From Malacoraja senta (taxonomy: Eukaryota): 64,000 bases of DNA. Location: the NCBI GenBank assembly GCA_038087875.1, contig CM075999.1, positions 3,102,001 to 3,166,000 of the forward strand, in the 5' to 3' direction. Under the pieces are notes generated by a model, which did not search any database, was not told the DNA's origin, and saw only the letters and a list, made by a program, of their open reading frames with translations. Positions 24,901-38,304 of the stretch are shown here, in pieces; position 1 is the first letter of the stretch, and each line of letters opens with the position of its first letter. The position numbers and the translations under genes are program-made.

Positions 24901-26799
24901 GATAGGGCATCTTGGTCGGCAGGGATGAGTTGGGCCGAAGGGCCTGTTTTCGTGCTGTGTAATTCTGACTATCTCCTGCATAGAGCCATCCAGCACAGAA
25001 ACAGATTCTTCAGCCTAACTAGCCCTTGCCGACCAAGATGTCTATCCAAGTACTGCCATTTGCCTGCGTTTGGCCCATAACCTCTAAAACACCTCTGTTC
25101 ATATACCGGCCTAAATGTTTTTTTAAACATTGTAATTGTGCACGATTCTGGATGAATAGGAGAGTTTCAGAGCGATTTGGGACCAATGTATGCAAGTGGG
25201 ACTAGCTTTAATGGGGCATCTTGGTCGACATGGATGCGATGAGCCAAAGGGCCTGATTTCACTCTGTGTGACTCTATAACGTAACTGTTTAAGAAGGAAC
25301 TGCAGATGCTGGAAAAATCGAAGGCAGACAAAAATGCTGGAGAAACTCAGCGGGTGAGGCAGCATCTATGGAGCGAAGGAATAGGTGACGTTTCAGGTCG
25401 AGACCCTTATTCAGACTGTCAGCCCGAAACGTCGCCTATTCCTTCGCTCCATAAATGCTGCCTCACCTGCTGAGTTTCTCCAGCATTTTTTGTCTACCTC
25501 AGATTCCTATTAAATCTTTTCCCCTTCACATTGAACCTAAGTCCTCTGGCCCTCGATTCCCCTACTCTGGGCAAGAGACTTTGTGCGTCTACCCGATCTA
25601 CTCCCCTCATGAGTCTCGACCCGAAACGTCGCCTATTCCTTCGCTCCATAGATGCTGCCTCACCGCTGAGTTTCTCCAACATTTTGGTCTACCTTCTATA
25701 ACTTAACTGAGCAGGTTAGGGACAGAGGCACGTGGGCATCCATTGTGCATTCGTGACTTTCTCTCTCTCTCTCTCTCACTCTCACCCAGTGTACACAATG
25801 TGAGAGTTTTAACGTGTCGTTGAGGCCACAAGCGAATGGCAATCACCGCCAACACTAAAAAATACTGCAGCCACTGGAAATTCTGATTAAATTCATTGAA
25901 GTCCACTGTAAACAGTTTCTCTCGCTGTGGAGGCTGTCTGGTCTGCTGACAATGCCCAGCCTCTCTTGGCTTATCTCGGCAGTTCCAACGGAGAGAGAAA
26001 TATGTAACAAAAAAAATAAAATAACAGATATAAATTGGCAGACAGAAATATGGCTGATAAACGACAGCGATATCTGGAGTAGGAAGGAACTGCAGATGCT
26101 GGTTTAAACTGAAGACACACACAAAAAGCTGGAGTAAAGGCCTGTCCCATTTGGCGATTTTTTTCGGCGACTGCCAGCACCATTGACTGACGTATCAGGT
26201 CACCGAAAAATACGCGGCGTGATGGCGTATTGACGCGCGGTGTTTTTCCAAGTGTTGCAACTTTTTTTTTTGTCGCCCCCCCCGCTGGATTTTGAAATGT
26301 TCAAAATCTTTTGGCCAACCTGATATGACTCCGGCAGTCCCTGAAAAAAATCGCCAAGTGGGACAGGCCCCTTAACTCAGCGGGACAGGCAGCGCATCTC
26401 TGGAGAGAAGGAACGGGCGACGTTTCGGGTCGAGACCCTTCTTCAGACTCAACCTGAAATGTCACCCATTCCTTCTCTCCAAGGGATGCTGCCTGTCCCG
26501 CCGATTTGTGTCCATCGGCGATATCTGGAGTGTTTGCTTAATACATTTCATCTCAGTTGGATGGAAACGTCAGTCTGGTTCGGAAGAAGACGGTCCTTGT
26601 CCAAGGCTGTTTCTCCGTTGCCATGTTTCAATGGAGCAGGGATCGATCCTGCCTTCAGCTTATGCTTAATCCGTGGGCCAGAATCCAGGAAATACCCTCC
26701 GCGGCTGAAGGCGTAGAGTTTTATTCCCCCATTGTCGTGTTTCGTGCTGTGGGAGGGCAGGGGGTGGGGGGGGCGTTTTCAGGCTGATCGAGTCCACGC

Positions 26800-26925
26800 T
26801 CAGAACTTGCCCAACTTGAGTCTGTCGATGTGGAAGCAGATTTTCAGGGCCGGCCCCAGCTTGAGTCCCATGTATTTCATCATCATGTCACTCCGTAGCA
26901 ACAACAAGGCCTTGCCGTCGATCTC
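26800..26925 (-). CDS. SCMH1: SCMH1 last coding exon (copy B), C-terminal half of SAM domain, [41 protein letters not shown]
   Basis: Manual translation. cag acceptor at 26926-26928, TGA at 26800-26802, 126 nt. The SAM tail matches SCMH1 as I recall it (..HIDRLKQGKF) better than SCML2. Confidence 0.95.
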   Translation of the reverse strand, partial: EIDGKALLLLRSDMMMKYMGLKLGPALKICFHIDRLKLGKF

Positions 26926-29900
26926 CTGCCGACAACAACATTGAACACTCTGTTAGATCGAGGTCATCAGTGATAGGGGATCAATTAGGCCAAGTCTACT
27001 CCGCCATTCAATCATGGATGATCAATCTCTTCCCCCCCCCCCCCAACCCCATTCTCCTGCCTTCTCCCCAAAACCCCCGAGGAAATGGAGAGAAAGGCAG
27101 GAACGGGGTACAGATTGGGATGATCAGCCATGTTCACATTGAATGGCGGTGCTGGCTCGAAGGGCCGAATGGCCTACTCCTGCACCTATTGTCTACTGTC
27201 TATTGTCTATTGAAACCCTTCAAGGAAATAGGCAACGTTTCAGGCCGAAGCTATTCTTCAGACTGGAGGAAATAGGCAACGTTTTGGGCCGAAACCCTTT
27301 GGGTTTCGGCCCGAAACGTCGCCTATTTCCTTCGCTCCATAGATCGAAACATAGAAACATAGAAAATAGGTGCAGGAGTAGGCCATTCGGCCCTTCGAGC
27401 CTGAACGGGGTACTGATTGGGGATGATCAGCCATGATCACATTGAATGGCGGTGCTGGCTCGAAGGGCCGAATGGCCTACTCCTGCACCTATTGCCTATT
27501 GCCACCCGTACTAATCAAGAATCTATCTATCTCTGCCTTAAAAATATCCACTGACTTGGCCTCCACGGCCTTTTGTGCCAAAGAATTCCACAGATCAAAG
27601 AAATTCCTCCTCATCTCCTTCCTAAAGGAATGTCCTTTAATTCTGAGGCTCCCTCTGGTCCTAGACTCTCCAACTAGTGGAAACATCCTCTCCACATCCA
27701 CTCTATCCAGGTCTTTCCATGGTTTCTCTCCTGTGTGGGAAGGAATTGCAGATGCTAGTTTAGTTTAGTGGTGTAGCGTGGAAACAGGCCCTTCAGCCCA
27801 TCGAGTTTGTGCCGACCAGCAATCACCAGTATTGATTGATTTATGAACCCAGAGACATGGGTTTGATCCTGACAACGGGTGCTGTCTGTGCGGAGTTTGC
27901 ACGCTCTTCCTGTGACCGCGTGGGTTTTCTCTGGGTGCTCCGGTTTCCTTGCTCCACCCCACACACTGGGGACAATTGACAGAAACCAATTAACGTACAA
28001 ACCTGTACGTCTTTGGGGTGTGGGAGGAAACCGGAGCTCCTGCAGAACGGAGGGAGTACTAAACAGAGAGAACGTGCAAACTCCGTACAGACAGCACCCG
28101 TAGTCAGGATCGAACCGGGGTCTCTGGAAGCATCTCTGGAGAGAAGGAATGACGTTATGGGTCAGAACCCTTCTTCAGTCTGGAAGAAGAGGGGGGGTGG
28201 GGGGCGGAGGAAACTGGAGGTAGAAAAAGGCCAGAACAAATCAAGGCCTGCAACGGTTGACCAAGGAAGGGTGGAGCTCACAATGGTCTATTGTTGGCGG
28301 GGGGGCAACAATGCAGAATTCATGAAGCTGGTAATCAAGAAGATCGCCAGGGCTGGCACGGTGGCGCAGCGGTAGAGTTGCTGCCTCACAGCGCCAGAGA
28401 CCCAGGTTCCATCCTGACTACGGGTCCTGTCTGTATGGAGTTTGTACGTTCTCCCCCTGACCCGCGTGGGTTTTCTCCGGGTGCTCCGGTTTCCTCCCAC
28501 ACTCCAAAGACGTGCAGGTTTGTAGGTTAATTGGCCTCTGTAAATTGTCCCTAGTGTGTGTAGGATGGAACTAGTGTAGGGGTGAGCGCTGGTCGGCATG
28601 GACCCGGTGGGCCGAAGGGCCCGTTTCCTTCCACGCTCTCTGTATCTCCAAGCAACGAAGGGGTGAAAGATGCCAAACTTTATATAACTGCACAATCGCA
28701 CGTTTAAATCTCTGGCGAAAGTTCAAATCCCGCAAATCATTTGCAATATTCCTCAAATGTCGTTAAGACGGGAGGATTAATGTTGCTTGCCTTTGATATG
28801 CCCACTGCCTTGTTGTGACTTGACGTAAAGCAGGCTGCAGTTGTACAGGAATGTCACGAGCTGCACTAAACTAGTTCTCCAACAAACCCTCTTTGAACAT
28901 GGCAAAGGACAAACTGGTTTTCATGTGGCCGGTATGATTAATGCAAGCGGCATAAACAATGGGGCTGCATGCATTACCAACCTTAACTTTCTGTGAGAAC
29001 GTTGCTTTTCAATCTCTACACAAATTAATATTATTGACAACCAGTCTGTGCGGGGAACCTCCTGAGGGGCGAAGGACGCAGACACAAGGAACTGCAGGTG
29101 CTGGCTTACAACAACAAAAATGACACTGTGCAGGAGTAACTCAACGGGTCAGGCAGTATCTCTGGAGAACATTGGTCGGAGTCGACCCTTCTTCAGACTA
29201 TTGGGGGGGGGGGGTGGAGGGAGAGAGAAAGCTGGAAGAGAGGTGGGGCAGGACAAAGTCTGGCAGGTAATAGGTTTTTACAGGTGAGGTATATATATAT
29301 TTTTTGATGGGCAGATGGCTGGACAAAGGCCGGAGATGAAAAGATGAAAGATGCACGAGAGGCAGAGAGGAGGGACGAGTTGTGAAGCCAGAGGGAGGAA
29401 TATAGATGGACGTGGACAATGGACATTAGGTGCAGGAGTAGGCCATTCGGCCCTTCGATCCAGCACCGCCATTCAATGTGATCATGGCTGATCATCCCCA
29501 ATCAGTACCCCGTTCCTGCCTTCTCCCCATATCCCTTGACTCCGCTATTTAGCTCTCTCTTGAAAGCATCCAGTGAACCGGCCTCCACCGCCCTCTGAGG
29601 CAGAGAATTACACCCCCCCATTGAACAAATGGGTGAGTCCAGGTGGGGCAGAGTGAAGTTGGGGGGGGGGGGGAGGTGGAGGTGGAGGGAGAGGGGGGAG
29701 GGGAGGGGAGAAAGTAAGGGTAGTTTGTAAATTAATCACCTACATTTGGACGATTCAATAGCGATGGCTTGTCCAAATGTTTTTTTTAACAAGGCAAGGG
29801 CTGCATCATAAGATCAAGATTACAAAACTTGGAAATCAAAGAGTCTCTTGCCCAGAGTCGGGGAGTCAAGAACCAGAGCACATTGGTTTAAGGTGAAGGG

Positions 29901-30374
29901 GGAGAAACATAATACGATCCTGAGGGGTAACTTTTTTACACAAAGGGTGGTGGGTGCATGGAACGAGCTGACGGAGGAGGTAGTTGAAGCTGGGACTATC
30001 CCAACGTTTAATAAACATTTGGACAGGTAAATGGATAGAACAGGTTTAGAGGGATATGGGTCAAACGCAGGCAGGTGGGATTAGTGTAGATGGGACATGT
30101 TGGTCAGTGTGGGCAGGTTGGGCTGAAGGGCCTGTTCCGTGCTGGGTGAGTCCATGATGAGTGTAGATGGGACATGTTGGTCGGTATGGGCAGGTTGATT
30201 TCTGTGCTGGGTGAGTCTATGACGAGTGTAGATGGGACATGTTGGTCGGTATGGGCAGGTTGGGCCGAAGGGCCTGTTTCTGTGCTGGGTGAGTCTATGA
30301 CGAGTGTGGATGGGGGCAGGTTGGGCCGAAGGGCCTGTGTCCGTGCTAGCTGACTCTACGATCTGCGGACATAC

Positions 30375-30520
30375 GTGTTTCCGGAAGAGGTCAGCGTGGG
30401 GGCCCAGAGAGAGTGGGTCGGCATCCCGAACAAACTGCATCACGTCCTCCACTGCCCAGCTGGACGGGTCCCTGCTGGCCATCCGAGGAACATCCCGAGC
30501 CCCACTGAACCTCTCCGAGC
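30375..30520 (-). CDS. SCMH1: SCMH1 exon (copy B), N-terminal half of SAM domain, (G)SERFSGARDVPRMASRDPSSWAVEDVMQFVRDADPLSLGPHADLFRKH
   Basis: tag acceptor after a pyrimidine tract, gtatg donor, 146 nt, phase 1 to 0; joins the last exon in frame. Confidence 0.95.
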
Positions 30521-33500
30521 CTAGGGGGGAAGAAAATCACACAAGAAATTAAATAGCAGCAGACTCGGGGAACTGCAGACGCCGCCGGCATCTCGAGCAA
30601 AGCACAAAGTGCCGGAGGAACTGGGTCAGGCGCAGCAGCGGTAGAGCTGCTGCCTCACAGCGCCAGAGACCCGGGTTCCATCCTGACTACGGGTGCTGTC
30701 TGAATCTGTACGGAGTTGGCACGCGATCTCCCCGCGACTGGGTTTCCTCCCGCACTCCAAAGACGCACAAGTTTGTCGGCTAATTGGCTTTGGTAAAAAA
30801 ATTAATGAATTGTCCCTAGTGTGGTGTTAGTGTACGGGGATCGCTGGTCGGCATGGACTCGGTGGGCCGAAGGGCCTGTTTCCGCGCTGTCTCATTAAAG
30901 TGTAAAATAAAGCATCTGTGGATGGAATGGACAGACAATGTCTCAGGTCAGGTCTCACCCCTCCCTCTTGTCCACCACCCCCCACCCCCCCCATCTTTAT
31001 ATTTCACTCCTCCTCTTCTCTCCTCACCTCACCCCCTTTTGTCTCATTTACACCTCTGCTTTAAGTCACTTACTCCACCAATCACCCCCCCTCCTCTCAC
31101 CTGTATCCACCTATCACTCACCTGAGTTTGCCCCACCCCCCCACTTCATTTCTAGCTCTCCCCACCCCCCCATTCAATCAGTGCGAAGAACGGTCCCGTC
31201 CAAAACCGCCACCTGTCTATTCCCCCCACAGATGCTGCCTGACCCACTGAGTTTTCTGCTTTGCTTATCATTCTGAATATTTTGTTTCCATTTTCACAAA
31301 TGTGAGTGAACACATTTTGATCTGATACCAGAGGCAGTGCAATGCGATAGTCACACACTGTATGACTCAAATTCTGATTTCAACTTTAAAAAATATAATA
31401 ATCTTGTTGATGTTACCCTTTGGAGAGGTGACTCATGGAAACCAAAATGACCACAGTTCAAGGTGTTGCGGGAAATGTTTTAGTTTAGTTTAGCACGGAA
31501 ACAGGCCCTTCGGCTCACCGAGTCGGTGTAAGTGTGACTAAGAGGCGGAAATTGGCCTCTACTCACCATCAACTCCACCCACACTACACGCTGATAATAG
31601 ACAATAGGTGCAGGAGTAGGCCATTCGGCCCTTCGAGCCAGCACCGCCATTCAATGTGATCATGGCTGATCATCCCCAATCAGTACCCCGTTCCTGCCTT
31701 CTCCCCATATCCCCTGACTCTGCTATCTTTAAGAGCCCTATCTAGCTCTCTCTTGAAAGTATCCAGAGAACCGGCCTCCACCGCCGTCTGAGGCAGAGAA
31801 TTCCACAGACTCACAACTCTCTGTGAGAAAAAGTGTTTCCTTGTCTCCGTTCTAAATGGCTTACACCTTATTCTTAAACTGTGTGGCCCCTGGTTTTGGA
31901 CTCCCCCAACATCGGGAAAATTTTTCCTGCCTCTAGCGTGTCCAAGCCCTTAATAATCTTATATGTTTCAATAAGATTCCCTCTCATCCTTCTAAACTCC
32001 AGAGTGTACAAGCCCAGCCGCACCATTCTCTCAGCATATGACAGTCCCACTATCCCGGGAATTAACCTTGTAGCTGACTTGGAAAAAGCAATCTATATAA
32101 TCAAAGACTTATCCCACCCCGGTCATTCCTTCTTCTCCCCGCTCCCGTCCGGCAGAAGGTACAGAAGCTTGAAAGCTCGCTCCACCAGACTCAGGAACAG
32201 CTTCTTCCCCTCTGTTATCAGGCTTCTGAACGGTCCTTCCATAAGCTAGGGTACTGTCCGATTCACCTCTACCCCATTGCGGACATTGGACTTTGTCTCT
32301 GGAACTGATGCGCTACAATGCTGAGAACTATATTCTGTGTAGGAAGGAACTGCAGATGCTGGTTTAAACCAAAGATAGGCACAAAAAGCTGGAGTAACTC
32401 AGCGGGTCAGGCAGCATCTCTGGAGAGAAGGAATGGGTGACGTTTTGGGTCGAGACCCTTCTTCATACTGAGAGTCAGGGGAAAGCGAAATTCGATTCTT
32501 TATTCTGAACCATATTCTGTACTCTGTGTCTTCCCCTTTGCTGTCGACTCTGACTCGATTGTATTCATGGATGGTAATATCGAGCCTGAAGAAGTATCTC
32601 GACCAATAACATCACCCATTCCTTCTCTCCAGAGATGCTGCCTGTCCCGCTGAGTTACTCCAGCATTTTGTGTCTATCTTTGGTAATATCTGATCTGTTT
32701 TGCTAGCGCATGAAGCCAAGTTTTAGACCAGGGGTGGGAAACCTTGTTCTACATAGGGGCCAGGACGTATGTCTGTGAGCAGATGGCGGGCCACATCTAT
32801 CACATGTACACATGGTTCCCACCCCCATCCCGCCCCGGATGGCAGGCATCAAATCACGTGTTCACAGAAGGTAGACAAATCTGCTGGAGAATCCTCGCAT
32901 AGAAACATAGAAAATAGGTGCAGGAGGCCATTCGGCCCTTCGAGCCAGCACTGCCATTCATTGTGATCATGGCTGATCGTCCCCAATCAATAACCCGTGC
33001 CTGCCTTCCCCCATATCCCTTGACTCCACTAGCCCCTAGAGCTCTATCTAACTCTCTCTTGAATCCATCTAGTGATTTGGCCTCCACTGCCCTCTGTGGC
33101 AGGGAATTCCATAAATTCACAACTCTCTGGGTGAAAAAGTTTTTTCTCACCTCAGTCTTAAATGGCCTCCCCTTTATTCTAAGATTGTGGCCCCTGGTTC
33201 TGGACTCGCCCAACATTGGGAACATTTTTCCTGCATCTAGCTTGTCCAGTCCTTTTATAATTTTATATGTTTCGATAAGATCCCCCCTCATCCTTCTAAA
33301 CTCCAGTGAATACAAGCCTAGTCTTCTCAATCTTTCCTCATATGACAGTCCCGCCATCCCAGGGATCAATCTCGTGAACCTACGCTGCACTGCCTCAATC
33401 ACAAGGATGTCCTTCCTCAAATTAGGAGACCAAAACTGTACACAATACTCCAGATGTGGTCTCACCAGAGCTCTATACATCTGCAGAAGAACCTCTTTAC

Positions 33501-33772
33501 TCCTATACTGAAATCCTCTTGTTATGAAGGCCAACATTCCATTAGCTTTCTCCACTGCCTGCTGTACCTGCACGCCAACTTTCAGTCTCACCCGTTGAGT
33601 TTCTCCAGCATTCTTGTCTACCTTCGCTTTTTCCAGCATCTGCAGTTCTTTCTGAAACGCGTTCACAGAAGGTGCCCGCGCCGGCTGCTTTGCCGGCCCG
33701 GGGGCCGCAGGTTGCCGGCCCGGGGGCCGTAGGTTGCCGGCCCCTGCTTTAAGCTGTGGTGTGAAACGTTAC

Positions 33773-33973
33773 CTCCAGAGCTGTGCCGGCGGAAGGAGGC
33801 GGCCCCGGTTTGCGTGAGGCTCATCGAGTGCTGCAGTGACCGGTACGATCGGAACTCCTTGGAGTTGCGACTCATGGGGCTGGTGGGCGTTATGGAGTTC
33901 AGGGCAGAATCCATGGGATCCAGGCGGTGGTCCGCGGGGCCTGGGTGGCCGTCCTCCAGGATAAACGTCTCCC
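33773..33973 (-). CDS. SCMH1: SCMH1 exon (copy B), Ser/Pro-rich linker (G)ETFILEDGHPGPADHRLDPMDSALNSITPTSPMSRNSKEFRSYRSLQHSMSLTQTGAASFRRHSSG
   Basis: cag acceptor, gtaac donor, 201 nt, phase 1-1, open reading frame. Confidence 0.9.
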
Positions 33974-35362
33974 CTGGGGGCAAGAAACCATCCAGCATTA
34001 GTTTAGTTTAGAGAGACGGCGCAGAAACAGGCCACTCGGCCCACCAACCAGCGATCCCCGCACACTAACCCTATCCAACACACACCTAGGGAAAACTTAC
34101 ATTTATTTTTACCAAAGCCAATTCACCTACAAACCTGCACGTCTTTGGAGTCGGGGAGAAAACCAAAGTTCTCGGAGAAAACTAACGCGGTCATGGGGAA
34201 AACGTAAACTCCGTACAGACAGCACCTGTAGTCGGGATCGAACCCGGGTCTCCGGGGCTGTGAGGCAGCAACTCTACCGCTGCGCCGTCCCTACTTATTA
34301 ACCTGACTGATAATCATAACATTAATCATCAAAATCTGAGGAAGGACATTATAGCCATAGAGGGAGTGCAGAGAAGGTTCACCAGACTGATTCCTGGGAT
34401 GTCAGGACTTTCATATGAAGAAAGACTGGATAGACTTGGCTTATACTCGCTAGAATTTAGGAGATTGAGAGGGGATCTTATAGAAACGTACAAAATTCTT
34501 ATGGGGTTGGACAGGCTAGATGCAGGAAGATTGTTCCCGATGTTGGGGAAGTCCAGGACAAGGGGTCACAGCTTAAGGATAAGGGGGAAATCCTTTAAGA
34601 CCGAGATGAGGAAAAACTTTTTCACACAGAGAGTGGTGAATCTCTGGAACTCTCTGCCACAGAGGGTAGTTGAGGCCAGTTCATTGGCTATATTTAAGAG
34701 GGAGTTAGATGTGGCCCTTGTGGCTAAAGGGATCAGGGGGTATGGAGAGAAGGCAGGTACGGGATACTGAGTTGGATGATCAGCCATGATCATATTGAAT
34801 GGCGGTGCAGGCTCGAATGGCCTACTCCTGCACCTATTTTCTATGTATCTATGTATCTAAAACTGGTGTGGCGCAGCGGTAGAGTTGCTGCCTCACAGCG
34901 TCAAAGACCCGGGTTCGATCCCGACTCTGGGTGCTGTCTGTACGGAGTTTGTATGTTCTCCCCGTGACCTGCGTGGGTTTTCTCCGGGTGCTCCGGTTTC
35001 CCACCAGCTTCTGCCATGACTTGTTTCCCACACACTCATCTCCCCGCTACCTTCAGGTAGAAGGTACAGGAGCCTGAAGACTGTAACGACCAGGTTCAGG
35101 AATAGCTACTTCCCCACAGCCATCAGGCTATTAAACTCGGCTCGGACAAACTCTGAACATTAATAGCCCATTATCTGTTATTTGCGCTTTATCAGTTTAT
35201 TTATTCATGTGTGTATATATTTATATAATGGTATATGGACACACTGATCTGTTCTGTAGTCAATGTCTACTATGTTCTGTTGTGCTGAAGCAAAGCAAGA
35301 ATTTCATTGTCCTATCAGGGACACATGACATTGAACTCTCTTGACATTGGCATCAAACTTAC

Positions 35363-35494
35363 CTTCACAGGGATGCGGGTCAGTTTTGGAAACTTTGGGT
35401 GATAGTGGTGCACTGTAGGGTAGGGCATCTGGTGTGTACCTCTTAGTCCTTCTTTCAACACCCTGAACACCTCTCCCGGCCCATTCATATTTCC
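35363..35494 (-). CDS. SCMH1: SCMH1 132-nt exon (copy B), (G)KYEWAGRGVQGVERRTKRYTPDALPYSAPLSPKVSKTDPHPCE
   Basis: cag acceptor, perfect aag|gtaagt donor, phase 1-1 matching both neighbours, stop-free, non-repetitive island. The PYxxPLSPK motif resembles Scm-family linkers. Confidence 0.8.
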
Positions 35495-37772
35495 CTGGGG
35501 AAAGACGAACAGCTTTAGTTTCAGAGATACAGCGCGGAAACAGGCCCTTCAGCCCACCGAGTCTGTGCCGACCAGCGATCCCCGCGCACTTACACTCTCA
35601 AAACACTAGCAACACACCAGGGACAATGTTTTACATTTACACCAAAGCCAATTAACCTACAAACCTGCACGTCTTTGGGGTGTGGGAGGAGACCGAAGAT
35701 CTCGGAGAAAACCCCCGCGGGTCACGGGGAGAACGTGCAAACTCCGTACAGGCAGCACCCGTAGTCGGGATCGAACCCTGGTCTCTGGCGCCGTGAGCAC
35801 TGTAAGGCATCAACTCTGTCGCTGCGCCACCGTGCCGCCCAGCTGTTTATTGAAACGATGCAAAGTTTCCTTTCCCTTCCTCTCTGGGAGTTTGCTGGTT
35901 ACACACCTTCTATTGACGGCCCCAAAGTGGACATGGTTGAATGCTTTAAGTAAATATCACCAGCAACTTGGCCTGGGCCAGCCATGTCCAAGCAATGACC
36001 AAGAAAGCACACCAACACCTCCACTTCCTTAGGAGGCTTAGGAAGTTCGGCATGTCCCCAACAACTCTCACCAACTTCTACAGATGCGCAATAGAAAGCA
36101 TTTTCTTGGGATGTATCACAACACGGTTTGGGAACAGCTCCGTCCAAGACCACAAGAAATTACAGAGAATTGTGGACACAGCCCAGACCATCACACAAAC
36201 CAACCTCCCTTCCATCCATCGCCTCCATCCACACCTCACGCTGCCTCGGCAAGGTCAGCAGCATAATCAAGGACCAGTCTCACCCCGGCCACTCCCTCTT
36301 CTCCTCTCTCCCATCGGGCAAGAGGTACAGAAGTGTGAAAACACACAACTCCAGATTCAGGGACAGTTTCTTCCCAGCTGTTATCAGGCAACTGAACCAT
36401 CCCACCACAACCAGAGAGCGGTCCTGAACTACTATCTACCTCTTCGGTGACCCTCGGACTATCTTTGATCGATAGCGGAGTCGGGGATATGGGGAGAAGG
36501 CAGGAATGGGGGTACTGATTGGGGATGATCAGCCATGATCACATTGAATGGCGGTGCTGGCTCGAAGGGCCGAATGGCCTACTCCGGCACCTATTGTCTT
36601 TACTTGTTCTATCTTGCACTAAACGTTATTCCCTTATCAGGTAATCTGTACACTGTAGGTGGACAAAATTGCTGGAGAAACTCAGCGGGGTGGGGCAGCA
36701 TCTATGGAGCGAAGGAAATAGGCAACGTTTCAGCCCGAAACCCTTAAGGAAATAGACAACGTTTCGGGCCGAAACCCTTAAGGGTTTCGGGCCGAAACGT
36801 TGCCTATTTCCTTCGCTCCATAGATGCTGCCGCACCCGCTGAGTTTCTCCAGCAATTTTGTCTACCTTCGATTTTCCAGCATCTGCAGTTCCTTCTTAAA
36901 CATCTGTACACTGTAAATGTAATCATGTATTGTCTCTCCGCTGACTGGTTAGCACGCAACAAAAGCTTTTCACTGTACCTCGGTACACGCGACACTAAAC
37001 TCAACTGAACCAATGTGCGGCAGATGGGAATTACGTCAGTCCTCATCTCCAGAGATGACCTGTGGTCTTTGGAAAACCTTGTGTTAAGTCTGGCCGTCAT
37101 TAACCGGTCATTGTCACCAAAGTCAAAGCACACTAGCCTGCACTTACACTAAGGGCACAAAGTGCTGGAGTAACTTAGTGCGTTTAGATTAGTTTTTTAG
37201 TTTAGATTGTTACGTGTCCCGAGGAATGGTGAAAAGCTTTAGTTCTGTGTTAACCAGCCAGCAGAAAGACAATACATGATTACATTACTGCAGGACTGCT
37301 CTCTGGTTGTGGTAGGGTGGTTCAGTTGCCTGATAACAGCCGGGAAGAAACTGTCCCTGAATCTGGAGGTGTGCGTTTGTTTTCACACTTCTGTACCTCT
37401 TGCCCGATGGGAGAGGGGAGAAGAGGGAGTGGCCGGGGGTGAGACTGGTCCTTGATTATGCTGCTGGCCTTGCCGAGGCAGCCTGAGGGGTAGATGGAGT
37501 CAAAATGTCCCTGAACCTGGAGGAGTGCGTTCCACAGTCTGTGGAATTCTCCGCCTCAGAGGGCGGTGGAGGCAGGATCTCTGGATACTTTCAAGAGAGA
37601 GCTAGATAGGGCTCTTAAAAATAGCGGAGTCAGGGGATATGGGGAGAAGGCAGGAACGGGGTACTGATTGGGGATGATCAGCCATGATCACATTGAATGG
37701 CGGTGCTGGCTCGAAGGGCCGAATGGCCTCTACTCCTGCACCTATTGACTATTCACACTTCTATTCCAAAGC

Positions 37773-37866
37773 GTCTGAAGAAGGGTTTCGGCCCGAAACG
37801 TTGCCTATTTCCTTCGCTCCATAGATGCTGCTGCACCCGCTGAGTTTCTCCAGCATTTTTGTGTAC
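37773..37866 (+). mobile_element. 94-bp hammerhead-bearing Penelope-derived insertion, absent from copy A
   Basis: Flanked by a 15-bp direct repeat cttctattccaaagc; empty site in copy A at ~15452-15466. Confidence 0.9.
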
Positions 37867-38115
37867 CTTCTATTCCAAAGCAATTTGGGAAGCAGACAGT
37901 AGACTGTAGACAGTAGACAGTAGACAGTAGACACCGGGCAGTCTGTCTTAGTTTAGTTTGGAGACACAGTGCAGAAACAGGCACTTTGGCCCACCGAGTC
38001 CGCGCTGACCAGCGATCCCCGCACATTAACACGATCCTACACACACTAGCCCTGAACTACTATCTACCTCAACAGGCCCATTCGGCCCACCGAGCCCAGC
38101 CTAGCTCTCTGTTAC

Positions 38116-38304
38116 CTGGCATGAAGCGATCATTCTCGTAGTCACAGACGTTGTGGTTGGCTGGGTTGCACTGACTGAACGGCTGGTTCCCGAAGAGGTT
38201 GTCGCACCGCAGACTGTGGCAGAGCTTCTCCAGGAACCGTAGGGCGTACACCACGCTGTTCACAGCCGGCAGGTTTAACGTGTGCTGTTCGTGGTCAAAT
38301 GTAG
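38116..38304 (-). CDS. SCMH1: SCMH1 exon (copy B), second half of SLED/DUF3588, (A)TFDHEQHTLNLPAVNSVVYALRFLEKLCHSLRCDNLFGNQPFSQCNPANHNVCDYENDRFMP
   Basis: cag acceptor, gtaac donor, 189 nt, phase 1-1; recognisable SLED motif. Confidence 0.95.

Noticed and set aside
32854..33666. 270-aa ORF as a host gene
   Set aside because: CR1 ORF2 C-terminus fused by chance to pLTR-derived sequence.
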